Below, in pieces: positions 56,048 through 64,000 of a DNA stretch of 64,000 nt (within the stretch, counting starts at the first letter, position 1; every line of letters begins with the position of its first letter). The stretch is taken from the NCBI GenBank assembly GCA_963789395.1, contig CAWBKP010000007.1:28075-92074 (forward strand), in the 5' to 3' direction. The position numbers were made by a program, and so were the translations under genes. The stretch comes from an uncultured delta proteobacterium (GTDB taxonomy: Bacteria > Desulfobacterota > Desulfobacteria > Desulfobacterales > Desulfatirhabdiaceae). The notes under the pieces were generated by a model. It did no database searches. It was given only the letters and a program-made list of their open reading frames with translations, and had not been told where the DNA came from.

Positions 56048-56189
56048 GATGATTTCCGAAAGAAAGATGGATAGGAATTGTTAATTATAACTTGTGGTAT
56101 GCATTGCATCAATCGGCCGCCAAGTCAAGTTTTTCTGCACGGATAAAGAAATCGCGGATGTTGTTATTACCGAGGACAACGCAGCAACT

Positions 56190-56597
56190 ATTTTCACGAC
56201 GGCAATTGAAACGCTCCGCACTCCATTTTCCAATGCAATCAGGCGTCCGCCCTTTGCCGATTGGCTGATCTTAGCCTGCGACAAACGAAGTCCTTTTGCC
56301 AACTCAACCGTCGACATGCCCAATTTTCCTTTATCCCCCCACAATAGCCTCAACACGCTTCGAGCCTTCAGATCACCGTAGCAATCGGTACAGCGCCTGT
56401 TCGCTGCAGATTGATGGACGCGGTTCGATATCAACGACCATGCAAAGCACTGGGTTTGGGTTTCGGACAACATCACCGAAAAACGGGTCAAAAAATTATC
56501 CCGATCAACGTCATGAAAAAATGTTGCGGTACTCGATTCCCCTCACAATGATATGCTGGATGGCTCCGGGGACATCTATTCGCGCTTTTCGTGACAT
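56190..56597 (-). pseudogene. Internally deleted REP-associated tyrosine (Y1/RAYT) transposase remnant
   Basis: From ATG 56597: MSRKARIDVPGAIQHIIVRGIEYRNIF...CFAWSLISNRVH (degraded HuH), joined directly to the C-terminal HTH KARSVL...LGMSTVELAKGLRLSQ; the middle is missing. Confidence 0.75.
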
Positions 56598-56716
56598 TTG
56601 AATCAGATATTATTATTTCTATGCCTTTTCAACTTAATTATCAAAGGACATACCATATCCCCCCTAAGTTTCTTGCAGGGCGATTTACATCAGTCACAAT
56701 GATGTCAATTGGTCGC

Positions 56717-59700
56717 TCATTTTTTTTTGGACTCGCATGGCGGAAGATTCGAACAAGTACACTCGTATTTGTCTTCTCCAAAATAAATTTTCCACTCCGA
56801 CATTGAAAGATTGCGACGCATCTTAGAGCATGCCTTCTGCAGAAGCTTTTCGAGACCAAGCTCCCAGAAGTGAATAGTACCCGTGGTATCCCCGGCTGCC
56901 AGTAATTTTCCGGAAGCCGACACCGCTATTGACATTACCTCGCCCATCGGACCAGCCAATCTCATGCGTTGTCGATCCCCCGGATGGCCTTTCCATAGGT
57001 AAACCATACCATCGCTTCCCCCGGTAGCAAGATTGTAATTTTCATTGTTAATGAAACGAATGGCAAAAACCGCACCCTGGTGGGCGGAAACCGGAGCAAC
57101 TTGCGAGTACTTTCCATTGTCAATATTCCAAATCCACAGGAACCCATTGTCATCACCGGCAACTAAACGGTCGCCAGCTGGGCTGAAGGCAAGCGCACGG
57201 ATTTCGATTTCAATATCAAGCAATGACTCCTTAGACCAGCCTCCGTTGTGACTTTCTCTCCATAAATACACACAACCATCCTTGGTTCCCGTAACAATGT
57301 CACTTGTAGCAGGGTTAATTGCTGCAGAAAGGACAGGGGATTTATGACCTGGATCCTTGCCCGGTACTTCATTTAATTCTACGGGATCTTCCCCAGACCT
57401 CATTTCCCTTTGCTTGATCGCGTCGTTTCCAGATAATCGCCCTCCGATCCCATCCTGCCGTCAGCAGGGTCTTGCCGGTCGGATCCATTGCCGCCGCCCA
57501 ATTGCCATCGGTGTGTAAACAATGCGGGAGTGGTTCGTATCTACCGGCAGTTCCGGCTCCCAACTCCATATCCCACGAAGTCTGAGGCCGCGGCATGCCT
57601 GCTTTTTGATACCCCGTAGAGATGGCAAGGCGCGTAAAATTCCGATCCACTGCAAACGCACGGACCCCATTCGGAAGAGAAACCGACAGGTCATATGTGA
57701 TGGCGTCATCGGTATCTGAAATCAGCAAAACTCCGGATGACTTTGAACCACCGAATGCAAGCCGTTTTCCTTCCGAATCGAGAAAATCAAGCGCATAGAC
57801 AATACCGGAGCCGCTATGCATATAAGAGAAATAGCCTGCGTCGGTGATGCCTTGATTTGACCAGAGGCGCATTTCCAGGCCGGCATCAACAGCGGCCAGC
57901 AGCGGCTGAGTTTGTCTTGATTTCGTGAATTCCTTGCCGATATCCTGCGTAATATAGCGAAGCGCCATCACGGTTGATTGCATGCCCGCATACTCGCGAT
58001 AGGAGGCATAAAGTGTTTTGATATCACCGGCAATTCGACGCAAAGAATTCTGTTTATCCTTTTTATACTCTGGCTTCACGCTCAATGTCTCCAGGTTCCA
58101 CTCGCCGACAAGACCACTTCCCCCCCCGATCACAACCCGGTTTTCGTCAGGACGGACATCGATACGAAGTAATCGGGTGATGTTGGCAACTTGACGTACT
58201 GCCCGGCCCTGTTCCTGTTCGACGCGCAGTATAACTTGACTTTGTTCGTCAGGCATGAGGTATGTGGACGGTGGCAGGTCAACTGACTCGTCCATGTCGA
58301 AGATACGTGGTGGACCCTGGCGGTATAACACGAATAGCCACCGGTGTTTTTCCAGATAACGTAGTGCGGCTACACCATAATCCAATGTATGCTTCCGGAA
58401 ATTAAGGTCTTTTTTCAAGATCTCGGGCCATTCTCCGAAGTTATTCCCGGCAATCCTTACCAAGACAGGTTCTGCGTGTGACAAGTTGATGTATCCGACA
58501 TCACCGGTTCGGCTCCCCAAGCTATCCAGGAATCTCGTGCCCCGCACGCCAGAGAACAGATTGCCGCCCCCTTAGGAACATGCAACTGTTCATTCGTAAT
58601 AATCATACTTCGTTCGGCATATCGTTTGTCCTGGGAAAGGTGCCACAGTTCGATTGCCCGCAAACCCGTCTCCATCGAACAAGTTGTAATCGCGGATAAT
58701 GTCTTATCCGGCGCGATGAATACGCCCCGGTAGGCGTGGGCATCCTGTCTTGATCATAATCGGGTTTCCGCCATCGGTCGATCGGGTACAAGCTGGCACC
58801 GCTTGCGGTAATTGCAATCAGGTCGTTGCCTTCGGGAGAGAAATCGGCGCCAAGGAGCGGTTCCGTTTCGATCGTTTTTTGCTGCGGTCTGTCAAAGGAG
58901 GCTATGCGCGGGGTTATATTCAGTCCCTTGGCATTCTTTTCGAGGTCGCCACAGTCAACGAACGGGATAGGGCCGGCTCCAGTTCCCCGCAACCAACATC
59001 CAGCTTTTCGCTGAACGCAAAGGGCTGCGACTGTAGGCAGGTACGCAGCATATCCTCACCCCATACAACGAGTGCAGGCTGGCTCCCGGACCTTTTGATG
59101 AGGAGATTAGCGTGCAGCGAGAGCAGGCTGGCAAGTTCATGATTGTAGTTTCGCCACTTGTTGGACGCCGCCGCAGACAGGAGAAACTGTGCTGTTGCTT
59201 AATTCCAGGAATTTAAGCGCCTCATTGTGCTTTTTCCACTTTTTTCGTGAGTTTTTTTTGAGTTTCTGCCCGCTGGGACTTCCAGTATGCCATTGTCAAC
59301 CGGCCACCAATAGACTCGGGATGATCACCCAAATAAAACCCCACTTCGCATTACGCTTGAGTTTTCCAAAACCCCATATGTTCTCACAATAACGCAAATA
59401 GCGACGGTCAACTTCTGTCAGTGACTCCGGCGGATGTTGTTTTTCCCATTTTAGAGCTTGACTGCAGGTTGCTGCCCTGCAAGATTTCGGATTCAGACGC
59501 CTGCTCTGCGCCGGCGCGACGCAATCTGTCCCATTTCGCGGCATTCATCTGGAACGACTCCAGATTTCTGCTAAACCAGTTTGCATTATCGGACAGGATC
59601 ACCCGGCGAGCCGGTCATGGGTAATTTCATACCATCTCGTGCCAGCCCTTGAATCTCGACGGACAAGCGACTGCTTTGCTATCTTCGACCACATCGTTGG

Positions 59701-60766
59701 GGAGACCGGCTGTTTCCGCCTCGCCTTTCGGGACTTGACGGCGTAACCCGTGCGGCGTCAGCAATTCTCGCTCAAACCACTCACGAATCACTCGCTGCGC
59801 AATATGCGTTTTGTCCGAAATCTCACTGATGGTGCGATCGTAATAGCTCTCCAGCGCCTTCTCGACCTCGCTGGCCCTGGGCTCCCCACCTTCAGGGGAA
59901 CTCATATGGCCTAAATGTTCGAGGGTTATCTGGTTAGTATCAGCCGGCAGCTGCTCCCACAAACGTTGACACACGATCTGAAGGTAAAGCGGTTCGATAA
60001 AACTGCTTTGACGCGTCATCTCGCTGCCGTCACTGGTGCGCTCGCGTATAGTGCTGAGATCATCGAACAGGCAGTTGACTGCTGCATCATGAAATTCTAC
60101 GCCCGAATTTCCGGCCGGGGTACGAATCGCCTCTTCCGCGTTGCTTCGCGTCAGCAGGTCCAGACGGAAACGCGTGGAAAGCCGGGTGGGCAGCAGGTGA
60201 CGATAACCGTCGAGTGCGGCGCTATACTCCTCCCGCATGGCAAACAGCGCCCAGATCTGCTTATTTTTCAACGCGTCTCCAAGTTGTTGAAAAAACGCCA
60301 GCTTGATCTCTTCTGCTGCATCGGAATTCAGTACTTCCTCGAACTGATCAAAAACCAGGAGCTTCAGTCTCGGGTCTTCCTGTATCCATGTGCGCTGCGT
60401 AAGATAACTGGCCACGGTAATCCCGGAGACATTCAGAAGAGGCTTCTCGCTCTTGGGTTTCCCCTCCTCGCACCCCTTAATGAGGCAGGATACAAAAGGG
60501 TTGCCCCCAGCCGCTATGGATGCAGTGCTCTCAATTAAACCGGGGCGAACGACAGGAAGGATCTGATAGTCTTCATGCTTCATTACCGGAATCACGGACG
60601 CTTGCACCAGAGACGTTTTACCCGCCCCAGAGGGAGAATACAGAAGTACAATACGTTCTGCGATCAGCAAGTCGACGAGTTCGCGTGCCTCGCGGTCACG
60701 CCCGTATAACGTTTCACCTGTTTGAAACGGCCGTGGTCCGACATAAGGGTTGCTTTGCTTGTTCAT
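56717..60766 (-). CDS. nSTAND1-type STAND NTPase - TM - WD40 repeat protein; many frameshifts
   Basis: NPYVGPRPF..GRDRE, Walker A SPSGAGKTS, Walker B LVFDQFEE, EPLYLQIVC..LW, YEITHD, TM WGFIWVIIPSLLVAG, WD40 repeats (LAFSPAGDRLVAGDDNGFLWIW), C-terminal ACSKMRRNLSMSEW..YF. Confidence 0.85.
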
Positions 60767-63315
60767 TACCGTCTCTCCTTCCAGTGGTGATGAAGTTCGC
60801 TGAGAAAGTCTTCAGATGCCCCCCAGTAGATTGTAATATCGCTTTCAGAAAATCCCTCGAAATACTTCTCAAGATATTCGCGCGCGCGATCGGGATTGGC
60901 GATTTGATCGTCATCCGGGTCCACTTGCACTGCCACATGGAGTTGTTTGCGACGGCGCTGACTACCCTGCTCTTTCAGCAGGCTGCGAAAAAATACCCGG
61001 AAATCCCAGTCATTCAGATTAAACCCGAGAAACAAGAGACTCGAACTTGCAAGCGCTCTGCGCACGACACCAGGGACTCTTTCCCTGTCACGCCAGAATT
61101 CGATCGAAGATGAAAATAATCATCCTCTGTTAGTACGAGTGACTCTGCATCATTGACTTTTCCATACAAGTGGTACACAAGCGGTCGATTAGAATCTGGC
61201 GCATCAAGTCCGGCAATCGGAATGTCTGAATTAAACAGCAGTTCGAGAGGCTCGCGACCTGATCGTCGAAGAGAATCGGCCAGAAAATTGTTGAAGTTTG
61301 CAGTTATGTAAATTGGAAATGGCAGTGATGACAGGACGGTATGTGGATCGTCGGGTTCATTCAGCAGAACCTTTCCAGCTATCGCGGACAGCATCTTGTC
61401 GAGAGGAAGTCGTCTTTCGGCACTATCAAGCAAATGCCCATAGCGCTCCAGGGCAAACTTGCGGAGGTCTTAAGGAAATCCGCCACCATTCGCGCATCGC
61501 CCCTGGTGGCAGCGACATATTGGGCAATTTGAGGCAGGCTGACGTACTCATACAGGGTCAGAGGGTACTGATAACGGTCCGCCCAATCCATGGCAATCTG
61601 TTGGCGAGATCGGGAAATCCGATAGTCTATACCTGGGCCGATGATAGGCGTGCAGCGTTCATTGGCAATGCGCGATACGAGCAAGTTCCACGTGTCATCG
61701 CAACAAGTTTCGTCCATAAGCCGAGGTATATACCACAATCGCCCACTGCGAAGTCGCGAGATGATAACCGGTGCCCAGGGAGCAGAAGATTCCAGTATCT
61801 TTTCGCGAGCAAACCGCGCCGCGAGGTCAGCCTGTCCATGCTTTGTTACCTCATCGAAGAATGAACGCAGAAAACCCTGCCACACTTCGTCGGCAAGGGC
61901 GTCTTGCAGTGTCAGCGCACTGAGCACGCCCCTTTCCACACTTTCGTGAGCCAAGTGAACCATCCAAAGCCAGTTGTGCTTCAAACCGGGGTCGCCCGCG
62001 CATGCAGGGGCAATTAACATCATTCTGGGCGGCCGTACCATGGCAATCAACCCCTGGGCCAATCCTTTGCGCACCAAATCTTTGTCCTCGAAGCTCTCGT
62101 AACCTAAAGCGCAGGTGATAGCACCGGCCTCAAAATCCATGTCATCCTTAATTAGTAAATATATGTAATCGACCCCATTATTGCTTCGCAACACATCTTC
62201 TAAATCGCTGGGAGCGTGCCAATCGCCAATGACGGTGCATGCAATTCCAGCCGCAGAAAGCAACGTCGCTATAGGGTCTAAATCCTTGAGTGCCGAGTCA
62301 CCAATATGAGGGGCACCTCCCCGTGCAACCGCAAGCAACAGGGCCTTCGGGGCGTCTGCGCGACGACTTAAAGCAGCACGGAAACTCATACCATAACCGA
62401 CAGCGTAACGGGAAAGTGCCGTTGTAGTCGGCGACAGCGGGTTTTCGCCTTCGGCGTTGACCATTAGTTTTTCCCAGGAAAGCGTGTGCAATTCACGAGC
62501 GCTTGGTTCGATACATACGCGGACTCGCAATGGAACCTTTTTATCGTCTGCATGTCCCTTTGCACTAATTACGTCTTTCCATACGCTATCGTTCGGGAAT
62601 AGCGCCCGGCGCAACTCTCCTGCATACGTTTCCGTATCGCCTATCACGGCGAATCGGTTAAGATCAGGGTGGTTCTGTAACGCCTCACGAAGTCGAATAT
62701 GCGGTCTCCTGACCATGTGAAGCTCAGTTCGACCTTATAATTATTCCATTCGCAGTGAGATAAGCGCACATCAAGCGTCGCATATGCTTTTTCGCCGACA
62801 ACGATGGGTTGCTGCTCGATTTCAATTCCGTTCGTTCTCTCCGTTGTTCCCGGCTGATACAGCAACTGGGTGATATGGTTCGCAAACTCGACCAGGTCCG
62901 TATTTATCTGGTGTTCCCTCCCGGCTGAAAGTTCGCGCCCCTTCGGTCGCACTTCCAGCTCTTTCAATGCCGGGAAAAAATTCCACAAACACGGTTCCAG
63001 GATAAGGGGCATAATGCGACGAAGGCGCCAGGGTTTTTCCCCGCTCTTTATCGCAATCAATCTCGGCAACTGAATCTCCATGATGAATTTTGAGGCCAAA
63101 AAGTTTGGCGAAACGAGGAGAACCGCGACATCCGCTTCATTTATGGCATTCTCAATGTCTTGCTGGAAAGGATCCCCCGGCAGAATATTCATATCGCTCC
63201 AGGCGGAGACAATCTCCTGACTTTGCAACACAGCGAGGTGCGTAAGGACCCGGTCAAACCAATCCTTATCTTTGTGACTATAACTGATAAACAGCCTTGC
63301 CTGGCTCACGTTCAT
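60766..63315 (-). CDS. TIR - CHAT(caspase)-like - SIR2-like fusion; frameshifts near 62665, 61450 and 61090
   Basis: TIR: LFISYSHKD, WSD..I.PG, LLVSPNFLAS. CHAT-like: LRVRVCI, ELHTLSWEKL, ALTLQD, WAPV. SIR2-like: TPIIGPG, PIYITANF, LVYHLYG, LVLTEDDYF, LLFLGFNLNDWDFR. The stop overlaps the STAND start. Confidence 0.8.
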
Positions 63316-63580
63316 TGGTTCCTCCATCCACTTTTTCAGTTAATTCTCAATGTGCTGGGGAAAAAGGTGATAAGCTTTTGCTTTCCAAGCCAGAAAGCCC
63401 ATAAGAATCAGATGGCTTGAAACCGGATCAGATCAACATTATGGATGAAACCGACAGTCTCCAGTATTAGACCGGTAGAGTTATTGCAGTACACGTCGTT
63501 GTCATGCCAAGCCATTGCTATTGGCTCTATGTCCGGTCTATCATATAGATGATCGAATCATCGCCAGCACCTCATTGATC

Positions 63581-64000
63581 TTAGCATGAGAAGCTTGCTG
63601 GACTACCGGATAAATCCCAGATGTTCTTGAATCGAAGCCACCTTCCTGGGGCTGGTGCCTCGCAAGCACGCATCCTTGTATTTCGACAGGATAGCCTTGG
63701 CGTCCTCTTCAATTTTCTTAATTGCCGCATTCGGGTATGCCAGGGAGCAGGACCAGCAGGCAATCCGCCTCGGCAGTCGCATCCCAGAAATTGGGGTTTT
63801 CCGCATAGCGTTTCCTCGCGATATCGATCATTTGGTAACATTCGACTTTCAGTTCCTGTTTCCAGGCCATCCCCCTGGATTTATGGATTTGTTCCAAAAG
63901 CACTTTGGCCAGGGCCCAATTGGAAAAGGCATATGGATCGGGCCTGGCGTTTACCGCACAATCTTTTTCATACGCGACTCCGTAATATGTTGCCATGTTT
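63581..64000 (-). CDS. C-terminal fragment of a TPR-sensor/TRAF-binding-like helical protein; partial and frameshifted
   Basis: PYAFSNWA, NPNFWDATAEADCLL, SPRKVASIQEHLGFI resemble tails of CHAT/TPR-S conflict proteins; the 5' part lies outside the window. Confidence 0.45.

Noticed and set aside
1..64000. Apparent mass pseudogenisation or programmed frameshifting
   Set aside because: Single-base indels hit unrelated genes, often at homopolymers, while motifs stay intact and in-frame stops are essentially absent. This fits long-read consensus error.

Overview
Bacterial chromosomal window whose gene content (lpxC, Sec-type HdrA, HdrL, Kor, RAYT remnant) suggests an anaerobic Gram-negative Desulfobacterota-like organism; this assignment is inference. 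Many genes are split by single-base frameshifts, most likely long-read consensus errors, so I merged the fragments and the junctions are approximate. Left to right: a prkA-DUF444-spoVR-prkA2 operon; an AMIN protein; an orphan iorA; lpxC and DUF4390; a hydantoinase-HDAC-GDPD-Nudix-ptsP operon; a ~14 kb exopolysaccharide locus (GH18/CE4/GT2 fusion, two GH26 paralogues, a GH42-like protein, wecB, a large DUF2334 protein, a YdaM/PssC-like GT2) whose right part is bracketed by a 66-bp perfect direct repeat; wecE/GT2/methyltransferase; a PAS protein lacking a kinase ATPase domain; a ZIP transporter; lemA, a small membrane protein and a secreted tandem-Hint/Tim44 protein; rluA; a korDABC-hdrL-mvhD/hdrCD-hdrA(Sec)/mvhD redox operon; a Tat-exported dienelactone hydrolase; a PAS histidine kinase; a RAYT remnant; and a conflict-type island (TPR-sensor-like tail, TIR-CHAT-SIR2 fusion, nSTAND1-TM-WD40). 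The best candidates for undescribed biology are the double-Hint Tim44 protein beside lemA, the TIR-CHAT-SIR2/STAND pair with apparently degenerate catalytic sites, and a Listeria Pss-like ManNAc polymer locus in a diderm.
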